From: Hyphomonas sp.
GTDB lineage: Bacteria > Pseudomonadota > Alphaproteobacteria > Caulobacterales > Hyphomonadaceae
Length of the DNA stretch: 64,000 bases
Assembly: GCA_035437295.1 (NCBI GenBank)
Contig: DAOMXX010000001.1
Location: 695 to 64,694 of the forward strand
Direction: 5' to 3'
Shown: piece by piece, positions 48,445 to 57,847 of the stretch
Position numbering within the stretch: the first letter of the stretch is position 1
Layout: each line of letters begins with the position of its first letter
The notes under the pieces: model-generated
Seen by the model: the letters and a program-made list of their open reading frames with translations, nothing else
Databases searched by the model: none
Told to the model about the DNA's origin: nothing
Program-made: the position numbers and the translations under genes

Positions 48445-49305
48445 TCACCCGGTATGTTCACGAGATTGATCCTGCAACGCCTGGGCTGCACTTGTGGTCA
48501 CGGTATCGAGAAGAAAGTCAGTCGTTGCCTTAAGGGTCTCTTTTGACTGAAGAAGTTTGTTGTGGCCATAACCCGGAGTTCTGACCACCTTCGTGTTGGG
48601 CCAGAGGGCAGATATTTTTTCTGCATCAGTCGCTTGCACTCGGTCATCTGACTCGTCGTAGATCGCCAGAAGCGGCTTTCCTTCCTCCGGCAGAAATGAA
48701 ATCCCGCCTGCGAGTTCCGTCCAGGTAGCCCGAAACTGATCAGAAAGGATCGCTTTGACGTATGGCAAAACGGATCTGGGCGCGCCGCGTTTGATCATGT
48801 TGTCCAGCGGAACGTATGGATAGTACGGAGCAGCGATTACTGCATAACGCTGTGCCCGGATTCCGTGGATCGCTCTCGCCCTCATCATCGCAAGACCGCC
48901 GGCTGAATGCCCAATCATGGCAAACAGGGGCTTTCCGATATGGCTCGCGATGGCTGCGGTGTCCTCGATGAATGTGTCAAATCCGATCTTTTCCTGGCGC
49001 GCGCTGCCATGTCCGCCAGCATCGAAAATTACAGCCTGAAATCCGTGCCTGGAAATAGTTCTGGCAAGCTGTGCCATCTGAATTCCGCGGCCAGAATATC
49101 CATGAACCAGAAGAACGACCGGGCCTGTACCGAAGCTCCAAGCGGGTCTGCTGTTCTGCGGACCAAATGAGAATTGCTCCGCGTCTTCAAGAAGGACCGC
49201 GTCTTGCTCTCGCAGCGGCATTGGGACAGATGTACTTAGCACCTTGGCCAATACGCCAGCTTTATCCAGTGCGTCATCGGACGCAGAGTAGTCTTCTGCA
49301 TTCAT
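48445..49305 (-). CDS. Alpha/beta hydrolase
   Basis: VHGY, GHG, GHSAG, GHNKLL. Confidence 0.87.
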   Translation of the reverse strand: MNAEDYSASDDALDKAGVLAKVLSTSVPMPLREQDAVLLEDAEQFSFGPQNSRPAWSFGTGPVVLLVHGYSGRGIQMAQLARTISRHGFQAVIFDAGGHGSARQEKIGFDTFIEDTAAIASHIGKPLFAMIGHSAGGLAMMRARAIHGIRAQRYAVIAAPYYPYVPLDNMIKRGAPRSVLPYVKAILSDQFRATWTELAGGISFLPEEGKPLLAIYDESDDRVQATDAEKISALWPNTKVVRTPGYGHNKLLQSKETLKATTDFLLDTVTTSAAQALQDQSREHTG

Positions 49306-49344
49306 GTGGAATTTCCTTTTTCTTCTCTGCCTCGAAACTTTATT

Positions 49345-49665
49345 TCACGCGCAGAAGCAGGGCCATGGACAGCCAAGGGAAGGAGCGATCAGTGTACGCT
49401 CCGTACCGCGCTCCGACCCTTCAAAACCGAGGCGTTTCCAGCTGATTGGATAGATTCTTTGTTCGATCACGTTCATGCTCGAGAGTTCCAGAAGCGCGTC
49501 TCCTGAGTACTCGGGCGCTCCAGTGTCAGCAGGCAAGGGAGCAGTGCGAAGGTATACCGCAGGGATCGCGAATGCTCCCAGAATCGTAGCGCCGACAAAT
49601 AACGCAACTGATGCGCGCGGCGGGGCCGGCGCAATTTCCAAGTGTTTCGTGAAATCATCCCGCAT
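49345..49665 (-). CDS. Hypothetical membrane-anchored protein
   Basis: 106-aa ORF with one hydrophobic segment, co-oriented with neighbours. Confidence 0.35.
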   Translation of the reverse strand: MRDDFTKHLEIAPAPPRASVALFVGATILGAFAIPAVYLRTAPLPADTGAPEYSGDALLELSSMNVIEQRIYPISWKRLGFEGSERGTERTLIAPSLGCPWPCFCA

Positions 49666-49676
49666 CTGATGAGATA

Positions 49677-50345
49677 CTAGTGTGTGGACGTACTCTTTGG
49701 ACGCTCAGAAACTTCAATACCAGATTGTCCCTTCGACGGGGCTCTCATCGGTGGCAGTGTCGCGCCAAACAGAGTTCCGGTCCTTGCTTCTGACCAGTCA
49801 ATGTCCGGGAAGGTCGATCGCAATTGAGGAAGATCTGCTTCCGATTCATCTGCAATGATGAAATGGCCGCCTTCGGCGACAGTCATTCCAATGACATTCT
49901 TTCCTACATTGGGGACAAAGCGAATATCGCCAATATATGTGACCGACGCTGGTTCGACCTCGAATGCCAGGGAGAAATCCTCCTTCGAGAACCAGCGATT
50001 CTCATAAATGGCGTTCGTGCTGTAGATCTGATAGTTGAAGAACTCATACTCACCCGGGGGCAAGGCGAGCGCAAAAACAACGCCCTTGCGATCCGGCGAC
50101 ACGTAGTTTCCTGCGGTGAAAGCGAACGATTGTGAGATGCGGTACTCGGCGCGCGTTTCTGTATTGCGAAGGAACACGTCACGGGAGTATCTCCAGCGCT
50201 CAGGTGTTGTGAATACGCCTGACACTATACCGTACCCGGATGGAAAGCTGGTCCTAGGGCGCGATTCTGATAGTTCATAGGGGCCGATCGTGCTGCATCC
50301 ACAGAGCGTGAACAGAGCGAACAGCAAGATTTTGAATTTGTGCAT
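49677..50345 (-). CDS. Hypothetical lipoprotein
   Basis: LCGC lipobox; LPPGEYEF and F.V.P..VTYIG beta-sandwich-like pattern. Confidence 0.75.
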   Translation of the reverse strand: MHKFKILLFALFTLCGCSTIGPYELSESRPRTSFPSGYGIVSGVFTTPERWRYSRDVFLRNTETRAEYRISQSFAFTAGNYVSPDRKGVVFALALPPGEYEFFNYQIYSTNAIYENRWFSKEDFSLAFEVEPASVTYIGDIRFVPNVGKNVIGMTVAEGGHFIIADESEADLPQLRSTFPDIDWSEARTGTLFGATLPPMRAPSKGQSGIEVSERPKSTSTH

Positions 50346-50474
50346 GGGTCTTTCTGCCAGTCGGGTCGCGAAGCGGAAGACTGAGCACCACGATTTAGAC
50401 CAGGCAAGCCGGCCATGTTGGTCTGTTCCGGAGTGGTATAGACCGGGTCGATCTTGTTCTGCGAGAGCTTGCTG

Positions 50475-51326
50475 TCAGGCGATAGGAGGAGTCGTCGGCG
50501 CTGAATTCTCTGCCTGTTCCGGTTGTCGCCGAAAGGGCTGCAAGAGGAGGCGGTCGAGCCGGTTGTCTCGGGCGCTTCGGAAGACGCGAAGACCGATGAT
50601 CAATCCAGCATTGCCATTGGCCGGGGCTTCCAGGTAAGTGCCAAATAGCCTGTCCCAGACAGAAAGATTGAATCCGAAATTGGAATTCGACTCTCGTTGC
50701 TCGATGGAATGATGAACTGCGTGCATGTCAGGTGTCACGATTATTCCGCGCAGGATAGCATCAACAGGGCGCGGAAGCTTTACATTCGCATGGTTGAACA
50801 TGGCTGTTGCATTGAGGAGGATCTCGAAAATCAGGACGCCAAGGGGCGGCGCACCGAGGAGCATGATGATCGCCATCTTCACTATCAGAGACAGAATGAT
50901 CTCGAAGGGGTGGAAACGGAGCGCGGTTGAAACATCGAGGTTAGTGTCGGAATGGTGGACGCGGTGGAGCACCCAGAGTGCAGGCACTTTGTGGAAGACA
51001 ACGTGCTGAAAGTAAATCGCCAGATCAAGCAGTATCACACTCGCGGCGGTCGAGGCCCAAAGCGGCGTTTCCAGAACATTGAACAATCCCCAGCCTTTGT
51101 CGTGTGCGATCACTGCTGTTCCAACAGCGAGCAGTGGCAAGGCTGCGCGCAGCGCCAGATTTCCAACGACCAGCAAACCAAGATTGTTCAGCCATCTGAA
51201 GCTTCTCGGCAAAGTGCGTGTCCTCTGTGGAACGAGGGACTCCCACAGGGCCATGACGACGAAGACCCCGAGAAATGCACCGAGCCTTATGGCCGGTTCG
51301 AAACTCAGAATGGCTTCTGCCGACAT
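50475..51326 (-). CDS. Sterol desaturase/fatty acid hydroxylase family
   Basis: His boxes HVVFH, HRVHH, HAN, HAVHH; RFHP; WDRLFGTY. Confidence 0.92.
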   Translation of the reverse strand: MSAEAILSFEPAIRLGAFLGVFVVMALWESLVPQRTRTLPRSFRWLNNLGLLVVGNLALRAALPLLAVGTAVIAHDKGWGLFNVLETPLWASTAASVILLDLAIYFQHVVFHKVPALWVLHRVHHSDTNLDVSTALRFHPFEIILSLIVKMAIIMLLGAPPLGVLIFEILLNATAMFNHANVKLPRPVDAILRGIIVTPDMHAVHHSIEQRESNSNFGFNLSVWDRLFGTYLEAPANGNAGLIIGLRVFRSARDNRLDRLLLQPFRRQPEQAENSAPTTPPIA

Positions 51327-51553
51327 ATGTTCAGCCGCTTTCAAGGCACAAATAAAAACTACTGAATGCGCGGCAAAGTTTGGTCCAGACAATAATCGGT
51401 GATCTTTACCTGAGGCAACCGGGGCCGGCGCCGCATGCCCGATTATCTGGATGATCTCGAAAGTAAGCCCTGGATGGCGCTCGCATGAAAATGATTTGAC
51501 CGACACCCAGGCGCGTCTGAATATTTGACTGAACAGTACGGGAAAACCAGATC

Positions 51554-52144
51554 ATGCCTCATCTTCCGGAAGCAACGGCCCAGCAGCTCGATTTGGTTTC
51601 AGATCAGCTGACCATGGCAGAGGCGGCGATGGGCTTTGTCCCAAACTCTCTGAAGATCATGGCGCGGCGACCCGCCCTGATGCAGGGGTTCCTCGCACTG
51701 GCTGGGGCATTGAACGGTCCATCGGCGATCCTGCCGCCGCAATTGCGGCAACTTGTTGCTCATATTGCAAGTGCGGCGTCCGGCTGCCGGTATTGCCAGG
51801 CTCATACGGCTCATAATGCCCGGCGGGCCGGTGCCCAAGAGGAAAAGATTGCTGCCGTATGGGAATATGAAACCAGCCCCCTTTTCAGCGAATCTGAACG
51901 CGCTGCCCTGTCTCTTGCTCAGGCAGCCGGAAGCCAGCCGAACATGGCGGGGCCTGAACATTTTGAAGCCGTTCGCCGATGGTATTCTGATGACGAGGTT
52001 GCCGAGATTGTGGGCGTAATTGCCCTGTTTGGCTTTCTGAATCGCTGGAACGATACGCTTGCAACCCCTTTAGAGGAATCGCCGACCGCCTTTGCTGAAG
52101 CGCATCTGAGTGACGCAGGCTGGACGGCCGGAAAGCATGGCTAG
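51554..52144 (+). CDS. AhpD/CMD-family peroxidase-like protein
   Basis: MGFVPNS, GCRYCQAH, FGFLNRWND. Confidence 0.9.
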   Translation: MPHLPEATAQQLDLVSDQLTMAEAAMGFVPNSLKIMARRPALMQGFLALAGALNGPSAILPPQLRQLVAHIASAASGCRYCQAHTAHNARRAGAQEEKIAAVWEYETSPLFSESERAALSLAQAAGSQPNMAGPEHFEAVRRWYSDDEVAEIVGVIALFGFLNRWNDTLATPLEESPTAFAEAHLSDAGWTAGKHG

Positions 52145-52814
52145 TCCTGCGTGCTCGAGCTTCGATCAGCCGCTTTGGAAAGGGCTTTCAGCGGCGCCGT
52201 ATCAGTACGGCTGGTCTTCTTCTCCGGAAAAACATACGTTTTGTTTTCCGAAGACCTCCGGCATCCTCCGAGTTGGAATTGCCATCCTGATGGTCGTTGC
52301 GTTTGCTTGCCTGGCTCCAACAGCACATTCTCAGTCGCTGCGAAATGTCAGCAAGTCCATCGCACAGACCTACCCAGACGTCCCGCTAATCTCGGCTAGT
52401 GAGCTCGCGCGAAAATCGGCGGCCGGAGAGGCTTTCGTCCTGCTGGATGTCCGAAGCAAAGCTGAGTTTGCTGTCAGCCATATATCCGGAGCGGTTCGTA
52501 TCGATCCAGGAGCCAGCCTGGAAGCGGTCGAAAATGCGATCGGTCCAATCGAGCCGGACGACACAATTGTGCTCTATTGCTCCGTCGGCTACCGCTCGTC
52601 CCGTCTTGCAGAGCGTCTCCTCAAAAAGCTCGGGCCACAGAGATCACCCCATTTGTTCAGTCTGGAAGGGGGGATTTTTCAATGGCATAACGACGCCCGA
52701 TCACTTGAAAATGAAGCCGGGGCGACACTTTGGGTGCATCCATTTAATGCTGCCCGCCGGGAATTGCTGCGCCACCAACAGCTTGTTTCCTGGGTTCCGC
52801 GAAGAGAAGAGTGA
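52137..52814 (+). CDS. Exported rhodanese-domain protein
   Basis: LLDVR..EFAVSHI.GA, YCSVGYRS, LEGGIFQW; true start may be later (e.g. 52290). Confidence 0.82.
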   Translation: MASPACSSFDQPLWKGLSAAPYQYGWSSSPEKHTFCFPKTSGILRVGIAILMVVAFACLAPTAHSQSLRNVSKSIAQTYPDVPLISASELARKSAAGEAFVLLDVRSKAEFAVSHISGAVRIDPGASLEAVENAIGPIEPDDTIVLYCSVGYRSSRLAERLLKKLGPQRSPHLFSLEGGIFQWHNDARSLENEAGATLWVHPFNAARRELLRHQQLVSWVPRREE

Positions 52815-52852
52815 GGGCGTGCATACTGTTTGCGGCCCATGGCGCTTGAAAC

Positions 52853-53536
52853 TTACATTTCTGCTTCAATCGCGGCCCGGACCCTGGTGAGGGTTGATTC
52901 CCGGAGCTTCTTCTTTGCCCGGCTATGGGAAGGCAGGTCCAGTTTGCGAGCCGCTTTTATGAACTCGCCGATTGCCTGATCAACGTCCTCCGGATCAACG
53001 ACGTGGTCGGCAAACCCTGCTCGCACGGCATCCTCCGGCCCGAACATCTCGCCCAGGAGAACAGTGCGGTTCAGCCATGCTGGATGCAGGCGGCTGCGCG
53101 CTAGTTCTACAGCAAACTCAGGCGGAGTAATCCCGATTGCTACTTCATTCAGTCCGATCTTGGTTGGCCCGCGGACACTGATGCGGAAGTCGCAGCCCAA
53201 AAGCAAGAAAGCGCCCATCGGAAAAGCATGACCTGCCTGAACGCCGAGGACGGGCAAGGGGTGTTCAAGGATGTGCACCGCAAGCAGAGCGCCCGTTCGA
53301 ACAAGATTCGTGAGGGCGCTTTGGTCTCCTGACTTGAATACGTTGAGGTCGAAGCCAGCAGAGAACACGCCGGGGAGGCCAGACCTGAGAATTACGGGCG
53401 CGTTGTCCTGAGCGGCACGGTCAAAAGCACGCCGTATTTCTTCCAGCATGGCCAGGTTCATGACATTGGCCTTGCCGTCGTTGAGGGTTATCTCGGAAAT
53501 ACCCTCCGTCAGCTGATAATTGACTGCGCCAGACAT
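52853..53536 (-). CDS. Crotonase/enoyl-CoA hydratase family
   Basis: DGKAN, FSAGFDL, GHA..MG, GLNEVAIG. Confidence 0.92.
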   Translation of the reverse strand: MSGAVNYQLTEGISEITLNDGKANVMNLAMLEEIRRAFDRAAQDNAPVILRSGLPGVFSAGFDLNVFKSGDQSALTNLVRTGALLAVHILEHPLPVLGVQAGHAFPMGAFLLLGCDFRISVRGPTKIGLNEVAIGITPPEFAVELARSRLHPAWLNRTVLLGEMFGPEDAVRAGFADHVVDPEDVDQAIGEFIKAARKLDLPSHSRAKKKLRESTLTRVRAAIEAEM

Positions 53537-53579
53537 TTTTACTCCAGGATTGTTGAAACAACAGCTTGAGTACCTCAAT

Positions 53580-53597
53580 TAGACCAGTCAATATAAT
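53580..53597. promoter_or_regulatory. LmrA/QdoR-like operator
   Basis: TAGACCAGTCAATATAAT resembles the Bacillus LmrA/YxaF box (TAGACCRNTCTATATAWT). Confidence 0.6.
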
Positions 53598-53629
53598 CAT
53601 GAACGCAGTTGGAAATTGTGGAGTGGAGC

Positions 53630-54223
53630 GTGGCACCCCGGCAGAAACACAGGCAGCCTGTCATCGAGACGGCGGTGAGGCTTTTTCGCCAGCAGGGCTA
53701 TTCAGCGACAGGATTGAATGATCTTGTCTTTGAAGCTGGTGCGCCCAAAGGCTCAATCTATCACTACTTTCCGGAGGGAAAGGCATCGATTGCGGTTGCG
53801 GCGGTTGAAGAGGCGGGCAGGCGCGTGGCCGAAACCGTCGCAGCGATCGCGGCCCGGACAGGTTCCACGCGTGAGCTACTCATCGAGCATGCAAGGCTAC
53901 TCGGAGGCTGGATGGCGAAATCGGGTTTTCGCGACGGTTGTCCGATCACGACGGTTATCCTGGAACTGGCGCCGCAGGAGCGGTTGATCGCAGAAGCGGG
54001 CCGAAAAGCGTACGCCGCCAGGCAGTCAGTCCTTGAGCGGAAGCTCATGGAAGATGGCTTCCGTCGCCCAAAGGCAGCAGAGCTGGCGATATTGTGTATG
54101 TCCGCGCTGCAGGGCAGCCTTGTTCAAGCGAGGGTCGAGACGAGCAGAAAGCCTATAGACGCAACAGCCAAGCAACTCGGTGATCTAATTGAGGCAGCAC
54201 GAGGGTCGCTGGTCCGCGCATAG
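53630..54223 (+). CDS. TetR-family regulator, LmrA/YxaF-like
   Basis: GAPKGSIYHYFPEGK, GCP; GTG start. Confidence 0.9.
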   Translation: MAPRQKHRQPVIETAVRLFRQQGYSATGLNDLVFEAGAPKGSIYHYFPEGKASIAVAAVEEAGRRVAETVAAIAARTGSTRELLIEHARLLGGWMAKSGFRDGCPITTVILELAPQERLIAEAGRKAYAARQSVLERKLMEDGFRRPKAAELAILCMSALQGSLVQARVETSRKPIDATAKQLGDLIEAARGSLVRA

Positions 54224-54254
54224 CTTCTCTCAAGAGCTGCGCTGGCGCGCGGGG

Positions 54255-54455
54255 TCAACCCGGATCTGCCGGGTTCTTGCGCACCGCCATGGCACTGAAG
54301 ACCGACACGCAAAAGGGTACAATATAGCTGAGTCCCATCTTCAACAGGTTCGGCGTCTGCAAGGCCGAGATCACTTCGAATTGATTGATCAGTGTCAGCA
54401 GTGACCCCACCAGTATGGAAACAATCAAGCCTCGGATCAGGATTGCGCGGGTCAC
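54255..54455 (-). CDS. NrtS-like small membrane protein
   Basis: VGSLLTLINQ, K.GLSY.VPFCVS pattern. Confidence 0.7.
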   Translation of the reverse strand: MTRAILIRGLIVSILVGSLLTLINQFEVISALQTPNLLKMGLSYIVPFCVSVFSAMAVRKNPADPG

Positions 54456-54536
54456 GGAAACGCCTGTTCTGAAAAAGTATCGAGGTATAGAGCCCGGATT
54501 ACGAATTTTATCAATCAGCCTGCCAAGTGTCCGTAT

Positions 54537-54968
54537 TCAAGAGAGCGGCTGACTTTTTTCAGCAGCGATCAAGCGGGCCAACCAGAGCACCAGGATGGAA
54601 ATCCCAAAGAATATAAGCGCCATTATGAAAAGCATGGGGCTCTCCGGCGCATCCGTCCCGGAAGACATCGGCGTGGAAATTCCCAGAAATGTAAGATGGG
54701 CCAGAATCGCGCCGGCGATGACCCCGGTTGACAGAAGCGCCCCCCAGAAGCGTCGCAATATCAAAAGGATCGCCGCCAGGAGTTCGAGAGCGCCGGTCAT
54801 GTAGCGCCCGGCAGGATCAATCAGATCGATGTTGAGGCCGGTACGGGCCAGGACATTTGCTTCTATAATCTTAAAGATCGGAACGTCTCCGACAAACTTC
54901 TGTACGCCCATGAATACCAGAAAGGCCGCAAGCAGGTATGCGGGAGCCGAGCGGGCAAGTTGGTTCAT
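54537..54968 (-). CDS. DoxX-like membrane protein
   Basis: KF, TGALEL, GAILAHLT.LGI; 4 hydrophobic segments. Confidence 0.75.
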   Translation of the reverse strand: MNQLARSAPAYLLAAFLVFMGVQKFVGDVPIFKIIEANVLARTGLNIDLIDPAGRYMTGALELLAAILLILRRFWGALLSTGVIAGAILAHLTFLGISTPMSSGTDAPESPMLFIMALIFFGISILVLWLARLIAAEKSQPLS

Positions 54969-55099
54969 GCGAGGATCCTTCAGGCTCAAATTACACGGTA
55001 CGGCGACGTACGCGCCGAGTGTGATCACGCAATTGTCAGTCGTGCAATCTTCAAAAAGAACTAAGCAGTCAAAAATAGCAATTCAAGTGGAGAATGCTC

Positions 55100-55546
55100 A
55101 TGATTACTCTTCTCAAAACGGCCCTTCTGACCGCAGGATTGTCCCTGCTTCCGTTGGCAGCCTGTGCAGCGCCGACCGAGCCGCCGAGCCAGGCGAGCCA
55201 GCCCGTGGAGTCGTCAAGAGTGGCGGCCGTGCGGGTGCATGCGGACTGGTGTCCGAACTGTAAGGCGCTCGATCCGAAAGTCGCGGCCGTTCAGTCGGCG
55301 GGGGAATGGGAGGGCGTTTCTTTTGTGCGGATCGATTTTACCCGGCGCGACCGCGATGCTGTCTACGCGGAAGCGGATCAGCTGGGTCTGGGTCAAGCGC
55401 TTCGCGACTACTTTGCCGGCGGGATCAAGACGGGGCTGCTCCTGCTGATCGATGTTGAGAATCAGTCGGTGATCGATGTTCTGAATTCGAAAGTTTCCGA
55501 AGACGAAATCGCAGAGAGAATTCTGGCCGCTCAGAACGCTCTCTGA
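55100..55546 (+). CDS. Exported thioredoxin-like lipoprotein
   Basis: LAAC lipobox, HADWCPNC. Confidence 0.85.
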   Translation: MITLLKTALLTAGLSLLPLAACAAPTEPPSQASQPVESSRVAAVRVHADWCPNCKALDPKVAAVQSAGEWEGVSFVRIDFTRRDRDAVYAEADQLGLGQALRDYFAGGIKTGLLLLIDVENQSVIDVLNSKVSEDEIAERILAAQNAL

Positions 55547-55647
55547 TCAGAATTTGGATGACAGGGCAATGGTGCTGGGATCGAGGTCTCTGGATGCTCG
55601 GGCGCATCATGTTTTTCGGGCATTTGATTGCAGAAAGTGACTCGATC

Positions 55648-57801
55648 ATGAAGCGGGCGGTTGGCATCCTTTTGCTCGCAGGTCTGTTGGTCCTGATTTT
55701 CTGGGCAGGGACGACCGGCGTGCTTTCGCTTTCAACTCTCAAGGAAGCGCAATCCGAGGTCGCCAGTTTCAAAGCGGAGCGGCCGCTGCTGACCTTGCTG
55801 CTGTTTTGCCTGGCATACATTCTGGTTACCGCAGCATCGGTTCCCGGCGCAGCCATCCTTACGATTGCGGCAGGCGCATTTTTCGGCGTATTTGTTGGAA
55901 CGATTGCTGTATCTTTTTCATCGACGATCGGAGCTACGTTAGCGTTCCTTACGTCGCGCGTCTTTTTACGAGACTGGGTCGGGCGCCGGTTCGACAGGCA
56001 ACTTGATCAGATAAATGCGGGGGTCCGTGAGGACGGCGCCTTCTACTTGTTTTCGCTTCGCCTGGTTCCGATTGTGCCCTTCTTCATGGTCAATCTCCTC
56101 ATGGGGCTGACGAAATTGCGGGTCTGGACGTTTTTCTGGGTGAGCCAGGTGGGCATGCTGCTTGGAACGTTGATCTACGTGAATGCTGGAACAAGGCTCG
56201 CAGAGCTGAATTCAGTGTCGCAGATTTCTTCTCCCTCCCTCATTCTGTCCCTGGCGGCACTGGGCATCGCGCCGTGGATCGGCAAAGCGCTGATCGGACT
56301 CATGCGCCGACGTCGCCTGTACAAGGGGTTCACCCGCCCGAAGCGGTTTGATCGCAACCTCATTGTTATCGGAGCAGGCGCAGCCGGTCTCGTATCCGCT
56401 TATATTGCCGCAACCGTCAAAGCTAAGGTGACGCTCGTCGAGAAGCACAAAATGGGAGGTGATTGCCTCAATACGGGGTGTGTGCCGTCGAAAACCCTGA
56501 TCAAGAGTGCCAAGGTCGCCTATACGATCAAGTCAGCGGAAGAATTCGGGGTATCAACGGAATCCGCCCAGATCGATTTCGAGGCGGTTATGTCCCGCAT
56601 CAGTGCAGCGGTGAACAAGATCGCCCCTCACGACAGTGTCGAACGCTATTCTGAACTCGGCGTGGATGTGCGCAACGGGGAAGCCCGGCTCATAGATCCG
56701 TGGACGGTGGAAATTACGGATACGTCCGGTCAATCAGAGCGTGTTACGACCCGCGCAATAGTACTGGCGACCGGCGCTGAACCTGTAATTCCGGACATTC
56801 CCGGGCTCAGCGGCAGTGCGTTCTTCACCAGCGATACAATCTGGGACTATCTTGCAAGTCTCAAAGTAGCGCCGGAAAAGGTAGTGGTTCTGGGTGGTGG
56901 TCCGATTGGTTGCGAACTTGCTCAGGCACTGGCGCGCCTCGGCAGCCGCGTATCGCTTGTCGAGCGGGGCCCAACGATCCTGCCCAGGGAAGACAATGAT
57001 GTCTCTGAAATCGTCGGGGAAGCTCTCACGGCTTCCGGCGTACGCGTAAAAACCTCGCACAGTGCTGATCGCGTTGAAGTAAACAGCGGAGTGCAGGTTC
57101 TCCGGCTGCGCCAGGGTGATCATTCGATCGAGATTGAGTTCGACGTACTGATCATTGCCGTAGGCCGCCGTGCCCGCCAGCAAGGCTATGGGCTTGAGGC
57201 GCTTGGAATAGGCGGCGACAAATTTCTAGATGTGAACGGGTTCATGGCGACGCGTTTCCCCAATATCTTTGCGGCCGGTGATGTGGCGGGACCTTACCAG
57301 TTTACACACACCGCATCGCATCAGGCTTGGTATGCGAGCGTGAACGCCTTGTTTGGCCAGTTCCGAAAATTCCGGGCAGATTACCGCGTAATTCCGTGGA
57401 CGACCTTTATAGATCCGGAAGTGGCCCGTGTCGGGCTGAATGAGATTGACGCCCGACGCGAGAATATAGCCTATGAGGTGACCACCCTACCGATCAGCCG
57501 CCTGGACCGGGCGGTTGCAGAAGGTGCACGGGCAGGCTTCGTCAAGGTGCTCACCGCCAAGGGTTCCGACCGGATCCTGGGAGCTGTCATTGTATCGGAA
57601 AATGCCGGAGAGATGATCGCGGAATATGTTCTTGCGATGAAGCATCGCATCGGTCTGAACAAGATTCTTGCCACGGTTCACGCGTACCCGACCTTGTCAG
57701 AATCCAGTAAACTTCTGGCCGGCGAGTGGCGGCGTCAACGCGCGCCGCGCGGGCTATTGAAAATTGCAGAGACTTATCACCGCTGGCGGCGCGGCAAATG
57801 A
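55648..57801 (+). CDS. VTT/DedA domain fused to pyridine nucleotide-disulfide oxidoreductase
   Basis: N-terminal FSLRLVP..PFF..N VTT motif; GAGAAG, GGDCLNTGCVPSK, GGGPIG, HAYPTLSE. Confidence 0.92.
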   Translation: MKRAVGILLLAGLLVLIFWAGTTGVLSLSTLKEAQSEVASFKAERPLLTLLLFCLAYILVTAASVPGAAILTIAAGAFFGVFVGTIAVSFSSTIGATLAFLTSRVFLRDWVGRRFDRQLDQINAGVREDGAFYLFSLRLVPIVPFFMVNLLMGLTKLRVWTFFWVSQVGMLLGTLIYVNAGTRLAELNSVSQISSPSLILSLAALGIAPWIGKALIGLMRRRRLYKGFTRPKRFDRNLIVIGAGAAGLVSAYIAATVKAKVTLVEKHKMGGDCLNTGCVPSKTLIKSAKVAYTIKSAEEFGVSTESAQIDFEAVMSRISAAVNKIAPHDSVERYSELGVDVRNGEARLIDPWTVEITDTSGQSERVTTRAIVLATGAEPVIPDIPGLSGSAFFTSDTIWDYLASLKVAPEKVVVLGGGPIGCELAQALARLGSRVSLVERGPTILPREDNDVSEIVGEALTASGVRVKTSHSADRVEVNSGVQVLRLRQGDHSIEIEFDVLIIAVGRRARQQGYGLEALGIGGDKFLDVNGFMATRFPNIFAAGDVAGPYQFTHTASHQAWYASVNALFGQFRKFRADYRVIPWTTFIDPEVARVGLNEIDARRENIAYEVTTLPISRLDRAVAEGARAGFVKVLTAKGSDRILGAVIVSENAGEMIAEYVLAMKHRIGLNKILATVHAYPTLSESSKLLAGEWRRQRAPRGLLKIAETYHRWRRGK

Positions 57802-57847
57802 AATCCGTCGCACATAGGATTTTATAAGGTAGCGGGGCGGGGATTAT

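Noticed and set aside
55648-57801. Mercuric reductase merA
   Set aside because: No C-terminal Cys-Cys, no NmerA domain, no merR/T/P nearby
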